Source: Meiothermus sp.
GTDB lineage: Bacteria > Deinococcota > Deinococci > Deinococcales > Thermaceae
Reading direction: 5' to 3'
Assembly: GCA_033762915.1 (NCBI GenBank)
Contig: JANRLD010000108.1
Span: 1-24,231, forward strand
DNA: 24,231 nucleotides
Below, piece after piece: positions 7,684-17,145 of the stretch. Each line of letters starts with the position of its first letter. The stretch's first letter is position 1. The notes beneath the pieces were generated by a model, which was given only the letters and a program-made list of their open reading frames with translations, was not told where the DNA came from and searched no databases. Position numbers and translations under genes: made by a program.

Positions 7684-8973
7684 ATGCGTCCGGGAAGAGT
7701 CATCCTTTTTTTGCTGCTGCTGGCCGTGTTGGTCGGTGGGGGCTATCTCTATCTACAGGTCAGCCAGATCGCAGGTGGGGCCAGCCCACAGACCATGCTA
7801 CAAATGGCCCAGAACCCACGCGAACTCCTGGGTAAGGACCGCATCGTGGTCCTGATCGCCGGCAAAGACTACAACCGCGACCGCCGGGGCATCGGCTACA
7901 CCAAGAACGCCAGGGCCGACACCATCATGCTGGTCTCGCTCGACCTCAACACCAAAGCCGCCGCCGCCTTGTCGGTGCCCCGCGACACCTTCGTGACCGC
8001 GCCGGACGGGGTCTCGGGCAAGATCAACGCGACCTTCGTGAGGGGCGGGGTGGAGCTCCTGAGCCAGACTCTCGAGCAGACCCTTGGAGTGCGCCCCGAT
8101 TACTACGTGGTGCTCAAGGACACCGCCGTGAAGAACATCGTGGACGCGGTGGGCGGGGTCTGGGTCGAGACCATAGACTTCATGAAGTACAAGGACTCCT
8201 GGGGCGGTCTGAATATTGACCTGCCCGCCGGGCGCCAGTTCATCAACGGCGAGCAGGCGGTGGGGTTTGTACGTTTCCGCGAGGTCAACCGCACCGCCAT
8301 GAACCAGTACGGGCGCATCGTGCCGCTGAAGAACGTGACCCCTTCGAAAGAGGAGGGCGACCTGCGCCGCACGGCCCGCCAGCAACAGCTGTTGCGTGCG
8401 ATAGCGGTGCAGGCCACCACGCCCCAGAACCTCCTTCGCCTCAACGAGATCGCCAATGCCGGTTTTAATGAACTCCAGACCAACCTGACCCGCCCGCAGA
8501 TGATGGCGCTGGGGCTGGCGGTGGCGCGCAGCGGCCTGGGCAGTTTCAACAGCGTGACCCTGCCCGGCGACGGCGGCTACCGCTACGGCGCTTACTACTA
8601 CGACCTCGAGCTCGACAAATCCAGGGCGCTGGCGGCATGGATGCTGAGGGGCGACGAGCAGGCTGGAAACAAGCTGGTGAGCGTGATGGTCTACAACGCC
8701 AGCGATGTGGCGGGGGTGGCCAGGGCAACCTCGGGGATGCTCGAGCGACGCGGCTACAGCATCCAGGGCTTTGACACCGCCAACCAGCCCCAGGAACAGT
8801 CGGTTCTGATCTACAAGACGGCGGCAATCGAGGCCCAGGCTCGAGCCATCGCCACCTTCCTGGGGATCACCGAAGTACAAAAAGACCCCGAACACCCCTC
8901 CTCCGGCGACGTGGTGTTGCTGATGGGCCGAGACCTGGGCCAGGCCATGCTCGAGCGGGCCTCGAGTCAGTAG
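7684..8973 (+). CDS. LytR-CpsA-Psr (LCP) family protein with C-terminal LytR_C domain
   Basis: N-terminal TM, RADTIMLV, LSVPRDT, KINAT, IVDAVGGV, FVRFR, GDLRRTARQQ, C-terminal VMVYNASDVAGVA. Confidence 0.9.
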   Translation: MRPGRVILFLLLLAVLVGGGYLYLQVSQIAGGASPQTMLQMAQNPRELLGKDRIVVLIAGKDYNRDRRGIGYTKNARADTIMLVSLDLNTKAAAALSVPRDTFVTAPDGVSGKINATFVRGGVELLSQTLEQTLGVRPDYYVVLKDTAVKNIVDAVGGVWVETIDFMKYKDSWGGLNIDLPAGRQFINGEQAVGFVRFREVNRTAMNQYGRIVPLKNVTPSKEEGDLRRTARQQQLLRAIAVQATTPQNLLRLNEIANAGFNELQTNLTRPQMMALGLAVARSGLGSFNSVTLPGDGGYRYGAYYYDLELDKSRALAAWMLRGDEQAGNKLVSVMVYNASDVAGVARATSGMLERRGYSIQGFDTANQPQEQSVLIYKTAAIEAQARAIATFLGITEVQKDPEHPSSGDVVLLMGRDLGQAMLERASSQ

Positions 8974-9108
8974 GAATAGCACCTATTCCAGCGCCTATTG
9001 TGCCGCTTGCGCCCTCTGGTACCGCGACTGGTCTAAATGTAACTTGCTTCTCCCGCACCCGGTGTTAGGCTAGGTCAAGAACAAAATCCAGCGTTACCTG
9101 AGGTAGCT

Positions 9109-10290
9109 ATGAAGTTCAAAACTCGAGCGGTTCACGTCGGTCAGCGGCCCGACCCGGTTAGCGGCGCGCACGCCACCCCCATCTATTCGACCTCAACCTT
9201 CGCCTACGGCTCCTTCGAGCGGGGCGTGCGGCTGTTCGGCGGGGAGGAGGCAGGCTACGTGTACGGGCGGGTGGGCACCCCCACCGTGAGGGCCCTGGAA
9301 GAGAAGCTGGCCAGCCTCGAGGGGGCCGAGGACGCCGTGGCCTTCGGGAGCGGAATGGCGGCCGTTAGTGCGCTGATGAACACCCTGCTCCGCGCCGGGG
9401 ACGAGGTGATCTACCTGGCCCCACTCTACGGCGGCACCGAGGGGTATTTCCTCGAGTCCCTGACCAAGTTCGGCGTGACGGTGACAGACGGGGGTTCGCT
9501 CGAGACCCTTCCCACAAAAATCTCGCCCAGGACCCGGCTGATCTACTTCGAAACCCCTACCAACCCCACGCTGCGGGTCTACGACATCGCGGCAGTTGCT
9601 CAGATCGCCCAAGCCCACCGGGTGATGACTGCCGTGGATAACACCTTCGCCACCCCATACCTGACCCGGCCCCTCGAGCTGGGCATCGACGTGGTGATCC
9701 ACTCCGCCACCAAGTACATCGGTGGCCACGGCGACGCGCTGGCGGGCCTGGTGGCGGGCCGCAAGGAGCTGATGGACGCCATTCGCGGCGAGGGCTTGCG
9801 CCACCTGGGCGGCACGCTGGGCTCGTTCGAGGCCTTCTTGATGCTGCGTGGCCTCAAGACCCTGCCCCTGCGCATGGAAGCCCACTGCGAGGGCGCGGCC
9901 AAGGTTGCCGGGTATCTGGCCAAACACCCTGCCGTCAAGCGGGTGCATTATCCCGGTCTGCCCTCCCACCCAGGCCACCCCGTCGCCAAGCGTCAGATGC
10001 GGCACTTTGGTGGTCTGGTGAGTGTAGAACTGCACAGCCAGGAGGCCGCTGCGGTGTTCCTGAACAGCCTCGAGCTGTTCACCCAGGCCGTCTCGCTGGG
10101 CGACGTGGAGTCGCTGGCCACCCACCCTGCCACCACCACCCACCAGATCCTGCCCCCCGAACTGCGTGAGGCCCACGGCGTAACCGATAGCTTGGTGCGC
10201 ATGTCCGTCGGTATCGAAGACCCCGAAGACTTGATCGCCGATCTCGAGCAGGCGTTGGCGAGGGTCGAGGCGGCGGCGGTGGTGATGTAG
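9109..10290 (+). CDS. Cys/Met metabolism PLP enzyme, methionine gamma-lyase-like
   Basis: YGRVGTPT, FGSGMAA, YFETPTNP, VDNTFATP, HSATKYIGGHGD (PLP lysine), AVSLGDVESL, LVRMSVGIED; GAGG RBS. Confidence 0.85.
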   Translation: MKFKTRAVHVGQRPDPVSGAHATPIYSTSTFAYGSFERGVRLFGGEEAGYVYGRVGTPTVRALEEKLASLEGAEDAVAFGSGMAAVSALMNTLLRAGDEVIYLAPLYGGTEGYFLESLTKFGVTVTDGGSLETLPTKISPRTRLIYFETPTNPTLRVYDIAAVAQIAQAHRVMTAVDNTFATPYLTRPLELGIDVVIHSATKYIGGHGDALAGLVAGRKELMDAIRGEGLRHLGGTLGSFEAFLMLRGLKTLPLRMEAHCEGAAKVAGYLAKHPAVKRVHYPGLPSHPGHPVAKRQMRHFGGLVSVELHSQEAAAVFLNSLELFTQAVSLGDVESLATHPATTTHQILPPELREAHGVTDSLVRMSVGIEDPEDLIADLEQALARVEAAAVVM

Positions 10291-10372
10291 CAATGGCCAA
10301 CAGCGGAACACCGGGTCTCTTTAGCTGGGCTTTACTTGGCGTTCAGTTTACTCAGGTTGGGATACCATTAAC

Positions 10373-11116
10373 TTGTTTGTGAGTCACGGGTTGCGGGTTC
10401 TATTTTTGATATTCCTGCTGGGCTTTCCGGCCTTCGGGCAGGAAGGTGTCACCGACCTCGACGCCGATGGCTACCCCGACGTGGCCGAGTTCCACAGCGC
10501 GGCCGAGCGCAGGGCCTTCTTGGACTGGTTCGCGGCGGTGGCCGAGGCCCAGTACACCCGCATTGCCCCCGACTGGGCTCCCCAAGACCAGGACTGCGCG
10601 GGACTGCTGCGCTACGCCTTGGTGGAGGCCCTAAAACCTAAGACCCCCCAGTGGTTTGCCCGATTCCCCTCCCTCGATGGGCGCGGGCTGCTGCCCCTGA
10701 GCCGCTACCCGCTGCCCGAGATCGTGCGCTCAGTCTTCCGGGTTGAGCCGGGGCGCTATCGGCGCGGGGATGTGATGGAGGGCCGACTGGTAGGCCGAAC
10801 CAGCGCAATGTACCTGATGAAGTACTCGAGCGTATTTCTGGGCCGCACGGCGGACAAGGCCCGGCGCGGCGACCTGCTCTTCTTCGTGCATCCCCTCTCG
10901 CGGGGCTCAGCCTATCACAGCATGGTGTATCTGGGCGGCAACCGGGTGGTCTACCACACCGGCTACGCGCCCTCTGAAGGAGGCGAGGTTCGACTGGTTA
11001 CCCTCGAGACGCTGAACAAACACCCCGTGAAGCTGTGGCATCCGCGACCCGACAATCCGAACTTTCTGGGCTTCTTCCGGTGGAAGATCGTGGCGGGGAG
11101 TGGCGATGAGCCCTAG
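10373..11116 (+). CDS. DUF1175 (YfaT/MagC-like) exported protein
   Basis: Signal peptide (..LLGFPAFG|QE), QDCAGLLRYAL, GDLLFF, YHSMVYLG, VYHTG, WHPRPDNPNFLGFFRW; lies upstream of the A2M gene. Start may be TTG 10373 or GTG 10379. Confidence 0.8.
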   Translation: MFVSHGLRVLFLIFLLGFPAFGQEGVTDLDADGYPDVAEFHSAAERRAFLDWFAAVAEAQYTRIAPDWAPQDQDCAGLLRYALVEALKPKTPQWFARFPSLDGRGLLPLSRYPLPEIVRSVFRVEPGRYRRGDVMEGRLVGRTSAMYLMKYSSVFLGRTADKARRGDLLFFVHPLSRGSAYHSMVYLGGNRVVYHTGYAPSEGGEVRLVTLETLNKHPVKLWHPRPDNPNFLGFFRWKIVAGSGDEP

Positions 11117-11426
11117 AGCATACCCATTGAGCTAGCTCTCGAGGACAAAGCTTCATCCCCGTTAGAACGCCAACCTTCATTGCTGTCATTCCGAGGTCAT
11201 CCGCGTGTGTCAGTCGCCCAGTCCCCAGTACTTTCAGCCTCTCTCCCCTACCGGTCCCAAACACCGCGTGGTCGGCCGTCGACGGTCGCCTGCGGAAGGT
11301 AGGCAGACCACTTCGGCACAGCCTGACAGCTTTTAGAGTCCGAACGTTGGCCGTCGCCCGTAGCTAGTCGCTCACCGTCGGTTGCCCAAACCCCCCAACC
11401 CTTTTCTGTCTCGCTCAAGGATGCCT

Positions 11427-14400
11427 ATGAAACGACTTACGCAGTTCGGCCTACTCACCCTCAGTCTGTTTTTCCTACTTCTGATACAGGGCTCGGCGCA
11501 GACCGAACCACCGCGCATCTACGGCGGGGGGACGGTCAGCCCCGCGCAGAACGTGGACCTGAGCTACTCGCTGCCCAGTGGGGGTAGCAGCCGCATCCAG
11601 ATTTTCAAGATTCAGAACCCGGAGCGGGTCGTCGAGTTGGGGGGGCCTCGAGACTTCCAGCAGACCGCAGACCTCCGGCTCTCGCTGGTGCGCACCGTGC
11701 CGGTGTTCCGGCCCCGCAACAACACCTACGGCGAGGTGCGGGTGGGTCGGCTGCCCGAGGGGCTCTACCTGGCCCAGATCGGCAACCCACGCCCGACCTC
11801 CGCCACTCTGATCCTGGTGACCCGGTTGGGACTGGTGGTGAAGTCGGACACCCAGAGCCTGCTGGCCTACACCGCCGACCTGGCCAGCGGCCAGCCGCGC
11901 GCCGCACAGGTTTGGGTGGTGCGCGACAAGAAGATCGCCCAGACGGCCAGGGCCGAGGGCGGATTGGCCCAGCTGCGTACCGGCTTCGGTGGCGAGGGCG
12001 AGACCTTCGTGGCGGCTCGTTCGGGCGAGGCCTGGGCCTTCAGCTCGGCCTACTGGCGCTCCTGGAATGTGCGGCAGAACCGGCTCTACCTGGTCACCGA
12101 CCGACCCGTGTACCGTCCCGGCCAGACCGTTTTCTTCAAGGGCACCCTGCGGAGCGCCTCGAGCCTACAGCCCGTTGTGAACCGCGAGGTCGAGGTGAGC
12201 ATCCAGGACGGCGACGAGGCCGAGGTCTACAGCGGCAAGTTCCGCACCGACGCCTACGGCAGCTTCAGCGGAGAGTTCAAGAGCAAACTGGACAGCCGCC
12301 TGGGGACCTACAGCCTGACCGCCAAGTACGACGACGAGACCCACGGCGGCAACTTCGACATTCAAGAATACGTCAAGCCCGAGTACCGCGTGACCGTCAC
12401 CCCGGACAAGAATGTGGGCGTGCAGGGCGAGCAGGCCAGGTTCGTGGTGAAGGGCGAGTACCTGTTCGGCGGTCCGGTTTCGGGCGGCAAGGTTTCGTAC
12501 TCGGTAATAAAGCGGCCCTTCTATCGCTTCGCCTACCAGAGCAGCTACGGCTTCTACCGCAACGAGGAGTGGGAGAGCTTCTACGAAGGCAGCATCGTGG
12601 GGCGAGGCGAGGGCCGCCTGGACGCCAAGGGCGAGCTGGTGGTGACGGTGCCGATGCGTCCGGACGCCGAGCAGGACTATCGCCTGACCCTCGAGGCCGG
12701 TGTCAGCGACGAGGCCCGGCGCGAGATCAGCGGCACCGGGGCCGTGACGGCGTACCGCTCGGGCGTGGTGCTGGACGTCCGTACCACCAGTTACAGCTAC
12801 CAGTCCGGCGACACCATCACCGCTCAGGTGCGGGCGCAGGACCTCGAAGGCAGGCCCGTAGCGGTGCCTTTCACGCTGCGGGCCAGCCGCAACTTCTGGG
12901 TGCGCGGCAAAGGCGAGCAGAGCGAGGCCGCCCAAACCCTGCAAGGCCGCACCAACCCTGAAGGCACCGCGACCGTACAGCTCCATCTGCGCCAGCAGGG
13001 CTCGTACGAGCTCGAGGTGAGCGCCCGCGACGCGGCGGGCCGCCCCACCCGCAGCAGCGACTATGTCTGGGTCTCCGACGGGTCGTACTGGTTCTGGGGC
13101 TACCAGAGCCTGGAAATCCGCCCCGACAAGCCCGAGTACAAGCCCGGTGAAACCGCCAAGTTCGTGATCCAGTCGCCCGTCACCGACGGCTGGGCGCTGG
13201 TGAACCTCGAGGGCGACCGGCTCTCGAGGCCCGAGATCGTGAAGTACCAGGGCTCCACCTTCACCTACGAAGTTCCGCTCACCCGCGCCATGTACCCCAA
13301 CGGCTACCTCTCGGTCACGGTGATCGGTAACAACCAGTACTACACCGACACCGCCGGGTTCCTGGTGCCACCCAGCGAGAAGTTCCTAAACGTCGCAATC
13401 GACGCCGACAAGGAAAGTTACCGGCCGGGTGAAGAGGCCACCTATAGCGTCAAGGTGACCAACGCCAATGGCCAGCCTGTTCAAACCCAGCTCACCCTCG
13501 GCCTGGTCGACGAGGCCATCTACCTGATTCGCCCAGAATCCAACCCCGACATCCGGGGCTTCTTCTGGAACTTCAAGGACAACGTAGTGGGCACTGAGAC
13601 GGCGGGCGGCTACTACTTCGGCAACGTCGCGCCCGCTCCCACATTGGCGGCGTCCGCCCCCATGACCGAGGCCCGCTTCGGCCAGCCCAAGGAAGGCGCT
13701 GCCAAGGCCGCCGACGGTCTGGCGGAGGCCACGGTTCGCACCGATTTCCGCGACTTGGCACTGTGGCTGCCCAGCGTGGAGACCGACGCGCAGGGCCAGG
13801 CGACCATCAAGACCAAGCTCCCCGACAACCTGACCCAGTGGCGGATGACCGCCCGTGCCATCTCCAAGGCCGACTCGGTGGGTCAGAACACCCAAAACAT
13901 CACCAGTACCTTGCCGGTCATCGCCCGCCTCTCGACCCCGCGCTTCTTGGTTAAGGGCGACAGCGCGACCCTCACGGTCATCGGGCAGAACAACCTTCCC
14001 CAAGCCCAGAGCGGAGAGCTGAGGCTCGAGGCCACCGGCCTCAGCCTGGCCTCCCCCACCGCCATCTCGGCCAGCCTGCCCGCGGGCGGCCGGGTCGCGG
14101 GCAACTTCCAGGCCCAAGCCCAGCAGTCCGGCAACGCTTCTCTGCAAGCCTCCGCCCTCACCCCGGCAGCCTCCGATGCGCTACGGCGTGGCCTCCCCAT
14201 CAATCCCAAGGGCCTGAAACAGGAACTCGGCTGGGCCGGCGAGCAGAACTCGAGCTGGGCCTTCTCCCTCCCGCCCAACACCGACATGGGCCAGACCCGG
14301 GCCAGCCTCTTCCTGAATCCTTCGCTGGCGACCGCAGTGACCCCGGCACTGGCCTACCTGGCCGGGTACCCCTACGGCTGCTCGGAGCAGACCATGAGCC

Positions 14401-15950
14401 GCTTTCTGCCCAGCGTGCTGGCCAAGCAAGCGGGCGAATTCGTGGAGCTGCCCACCGCCGTCCGCAACAACCTCGACGACTTTGTGGCCCAGGGCTTCAA
14501 ACGCCTCTACGACTTCCAGCACGAGGACGGTGGCTGGGGCTTCTGGCAGAACGACGCCTCGAGCCTCTACATCACTTCTTACGTCCTGACTGGCCTCCTC
14601 CAGGCCCAGGAGGCCGGCTACACGATCCGCGAAGACGCGGTGCGCCGAGGGTTCAGGTGGATGCTCGGCGCCCTCAACCGCCCCGACGCCGAGACCTACG
14701 CAGCAGACGCGGTAGCCTACGCGGCCTATGCGTTCGCCTGGGGCGGGGACAAGTATCTGCGCGACGAGCAAAGCGGCCTGCAAAATCGGGTGGTGGCTGT
14801 CAGCCATCGGCCGACGGCCGTTAGCTTCAGCAAGGCCCGCCCGGTGGCCGCCGAGCGCGTTGTGCTGACCCGTTTCGTACAGAACAGGCCAGTGAACCTT
14901 GGCTATCTGGCCGACTACCTCAAGCGCTCCGACCTCACCCCCTACGGGCACGCCCTCATCACGCTGGCCTACCAGAAAAACGGCAACACCACAGAGGCCA
15001 ACCGGGCTCTGGACAGCCTGCTGGCCCGGCTAACCGTCCGCGAGCGTGTCGCCTACTGGGACGTCAAGACCACGCCCTGGGCCTGGAACGACGACCGTAT
15101 CGAGGCCACCGCCTTCGGGCTGCTGGCCCTGGCCAAGCTGCGCCCGCAGCACCCCTCCGTCCCGCGCATCGCCAACTGGCTGATGCTCGAGCGCAAAGGA
15201 GCCCGCTGGGTGTCCACCAAGGACACCGCCGCCGTGGTAGTGGCCGCGCTGAACCTGGCTCAAGCCCGCGGTGAAACCGCCGCCGAACAGCAGGTTAGCG
15301 TGCGTGTCAACGGCCAAGCCCAGACCGTTACGGTGGGCCGCCGGGGCGCGGAGGTCAGGCTCGATAATCTTCAGCTCGGCGAGAACCGGCTCGAGGTGTC
15401 CGGCGCCAGCCCCTTCTTTGCCAGCGCGGGCGTGAGCTACTTCGAGGAGCGCGACTATCTGAACCCCGAGTTCAAGGGCTTCCGGGTGGCAAGGCAGTAC
15501 GAGAAGCTGACCGCCCGCTTTGATCGCAACAACGACCGCTTCGTCTACGACCGCAGCGCCCTTTCGGGCGAGTTGAAGGTGGGCGATCTGGTGGTGGTGA
15601 CGCTGACCGTACGGCCCGAACAGGGCGCAGCGCGCTTCGTGCTGATGGAGGAGCCCACACCCGCTGGACTAGCCGTTGTGGAGAACGACGACTCCTTCCG
15701 CATTGCTGGGGTGCGCTCGCGCTTCGGGGACGACTACTACGGTTGGAATTACTGGTTTGACGGGCGGGAGATTCGCGACAACCGGCTAGAGTTTTACTTC
15801 AGCTACCTCGAAGGCCCGGTGACCTTCACCTACATCCTCCGCGCCGAGACCCCCGGAACCTTCACCGCCCTCCCCACCTATGCCTGGATGATGTACGAAC
15901 CCGAAGTGCGCGGCTTGGGTACTGCCCGCACGCTCAGTGTGCGTGAGTGA
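11427..15950 (+). CDS. Bacterial alpha-2-macroglobulin with intact thioester motif
   Basis: Signal peptide; TDRPVYRPGQTV (MG2); bait-like region before VRTDFRD; LPDNLTQW; YPYGCSEQTMS; FQHEDGGWGFW; WVSTKDT; C-terminal YILRAETPGTF..MYEPE. AAGG RBS precedes ATG 11427. Confidence 0.93.
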   Translation: MKRLTQFGLLTLSLFFLLLIQGSAQTEPPRIYGGGTVSPAQNVDLSYSLPSGGSSRIQIFKIQNPERVVELGGPRDFQQTADLRLSLVRTVPVFRPRNNTYGEVRVGRLPEGLYLAQIGNPRPTSATLILVTRLGLVVKSDTQSLLAYTADLASGQPRAAQVWVVRDKKIAQTARAEGGLAQLRTGFGGEGETFVAARSGEAWAFSSAYWRSWNVRQNRLYLVTDRPVYRPGQTVFFKGTLRSASSLQPVVNREVEVSIQDGDEAEVYSGKFRTDAYGSFSGEFKSKLDSRLGTYSLTAKYDDETHGGNFDIQEYVKPEYRVTVTPDKNVGVQGEQARFVVKGEYLFGGPVSGGKVSYSVIKRPFYRFAYQSSYGFYRNEEWESFYEGSIVGRGEGRLDAKGELVVTVPMRPDAEQDYRLTLEAGVSDEARREISGTGAVTAYRSGVVLDVRTTSYSYQSGDTITAQVRAQDLEGRPVAVPFTLRASRNFWVRGKGEQSEAAQTLQGRTNPEGTATVQLHLRQQGSYELEVSARDAAGRPTRSSDYVWVSDGSYWFWGYQSLEIRPDKPEYKPGETAKFVIQSPVTDGWALVNLEGDRLSRPEIVKYQGSTFTYEVPLTRAMYPNGYLSVTVIGNNQYYTDTAGFLVPPSEKFLNVAIDADKESYRPGEEATYSVKVTNANGQPVQTQLTLGLVDEAIYLIRPESNPDIRGFFWNFKDNVVGTETAGGYYFGNVAPAPTLAASAPMTEARFGQPKEGAAKAADGLAEATVRTDFRDLALWLPSVETDAQGQATIKTKLPDNLTQWRMTARAISKADSVGQNTQNITSTLPVIARLSTPRFLVKGDSATLTVIGQNNLPQAQSGELRLEATGLSLASPTAISASLPAGGRVAGNFQAQAQQSGNASLQASALTPAASDALRRGLPINPKGLKQELGWAGEQNSSWAFSLPPNTDMGQTRASLFLNPSLATAVTPALAYLAGYPYGCSEQTMSRFLPSVLAKQAGEFVELPTAVRNNLDDFVAQGFKRLYDFQHEDGGWGFWQNDASSLYITSYVLTGLLQAQEAGYTIREDAVRRGFRWMLGALNRPDAETYAADAVAYAAYAFAWGGDKYLRDEQSGLQNRVVAVSHRPTAVSFSKARPVAAERVVLTRFVQNRPVNLGYLADYLKRSDLTPYGHALITLAYQKNGNTTEANRALDSLLARLTVRERVAYWDVKTTPWAWNDDRIEATAFGLLALAKLRPQHPSVPRIANWLMLERKGARWVSTKDTAAVVVAALNLAQARGETAAEQQVSVRVNGQAQTVTVGRRGAEVRLDNLQLGENRLEVSGASPFFASAGVSYFEERDYLNPEFKGFRVARQYEKLTARFDRNNDRFVYDRSALSGELKVGDLVVVTLTVRPEQGAARFVLMEEPTPAGLAVVENDDSFRIAGVRSRFGDDYYGWNYWFDGREIRDNRLEFYFSYLEGPVTFTYILRAETPGTFTALPTYAWMMYEPEVRGLGTARTLSVRE

Positions 15951-16003
15951 ATCCGTGAGCCATAATCGATGCGCCGATCGACTTGGTGAATGAGTTCGGC
16001 CTC

Positions 16004-16026
16004 CCTCCCCCGCAATGCGGGGGAGG
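16004..16026. repeat. REP-like GC palindrome
   Basis: CCTCCCCCGCA-A-TGCGGGGGAGG, perfect 11-1-11, with no U-tract. Confidence 0.6.
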
Positions 16027-16226
16027 TTTGAAAATCAGGGCAGGGCTGGCTCGAGGGGCAATACCCCACCCCCACCGGAATGATGGTCGAGAAAGATCGA
16101 GGATGCAAACCGCTGAAAGTTTACCGGGCAGTTTCGCCATCAACGGCTGCCCTCGGGGCCAGCAAACGGCGAGCCCCCGAATTGCGCCCTTTGGGCCTCC
16201 GTCGGACAGATGAGGGCAATCCAAGT

Positions 16227-16877
16227 ATGCGCGTCTCATCGACTGGGCACCCACCAACCAGGGGGGGGAAGACGGGCCAAACCTCGCCACCAACAACCGT
16301 GGGGGGGTATGGGTTTGGGCTGGTACTGTTCTTCTCTCTGCTTTTCTGGCTGCCCTTTCCACTGAGTTTTGCCCAGCAGACCTCCCGCTCCGCCAACTTC
16401 TCCGTCCAGACCTTCTCCGCCGCGGATCAGCGCCTCCTGCCCAGGGTCTTTGAGGTCCTGCAACAGGCCCGCCGCGACCTGATCCGGCGTGGGCTGAGGC
16501 CGCCCGAGCGGGTGACACTGGTGATTCACCCAAGCCTCGAGTCCTACACGCGCACCACCCGCCTTCCCTGGTTCATTGCCGCGGTGGCCGACCGCGCCAA
16601 GGCCCGCATAGACACCCAGCGCCTGAGGGTCTTGATCGAACGGGGCTCGCTGGAACGCACCCTGCGCCACGAGCTGTTCCACCTGGCCCAGCCCCAAGAC
16701 TGGCCACGCTGGAAGGCCGAGGGCATGGCGATGCGATTTGCCGGTGATAAGCCCACCGCCGCACCGTTTCCCGGCATCTCCGAGGCCGCGCTCGAGCGCC
16801 TGTTGGTCGATCCGCCCGACCAGGCAACCCTGAACCGAGCCATGGCCACGGCTTACCGCTGGGCTGGCAGGGAGTGA
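16227..16877 (+). CDS. Exported protein with zincin-like HExxH...E motif
   Basis: Hydrophobic signal-like segment LVLFFSLLFWLPFPLSFA|QQ and LRHELFHLAQPQDWPRWKAEGMA. Start is uncertain (ATG 16227 or GTG 16299). Confidence 0.7.
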   Translation: MRVSSTGHPPTRGGKTGQTSPPTTVGGYGFGLVLFFSLLFWLPFPLSFAQQTSRSANFSVQTFSAADQRLLPRVFEVLQQARRDLIRRGLRPPERVTLVIHPSLESYTRTTRLPWFIAAVADRAKARIDTQRLRVLIERGSLERTLRHELFHLAQPQDWPRWKAEGMAMRFAGDKPTAAPFPGISEAALERLLVDPPDQATLNRAMATAYRWAGRE

Positions 16878-17022
16878 CGGCGGTTCCAATGAGCACTACG
16901 CACGCCAAAGCCCGGAGTGGGCTAGATTGCGGCCATAAAGACAGTCCTGGTCGAGGATACAAAGCCTTGAAGTAGAGATCCTCCGATTCAGCGCATCTCT
17001 ATCTGAAAGCGGTTCTCACGCC

Positions 17023-17055
17023 TACCCCCTACAGCAAAAACCGCTGTAGGGAGTA
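17023..17055. repeat. 13-bp inverted repeat upstream of the sulfur operon promoter
   Basis: TACCCCCTACAGC-N7-GCTGTAGGGAGTA, 12/13 complementary. Confidence 0.55.
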
Positions 17056-17102
17056 CATCAGCTGCCGCTGTGAGGGAGGGGATGGTGGGAAACAAGATAA
17101 GT

Positions 17103-17132
17103 TTGACATAATACCCCCTGGGGGTATATCCT
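17103..17132 (+). promoter_or_regulatory. Promoter of the persulfide operon
   Basis: TTGACA-N18-TATCCT, followed by AGGAGG RBS. Confidence 0.75.
17111..17127. promoter_or_regulatory. CsoR/CstR-family operator
   Basis: Perfect palindrome ATACCCCC-T-GGGGGTAT between -35 and -10; C-tract/G-tract flanked by ATA/TAT is the known CsoR-family architecture. Confidence 0.75.
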
Positions 17133-17145
17133 GAGCTTCAGGAGG

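Noticed and set aside
8974..9108. SAM or other riboswitch upstream of the Met/Cys lyase
   Set aside because: Leader is short and shows no recognisable SAM-I core or terminator
15983..16226. ORF 15983-16213 and the N-terminal extension of the 16080 ORF
   Set aside because: Run through REP-like and low-complexity DNA with atypical codons; the signal peptide begins much later
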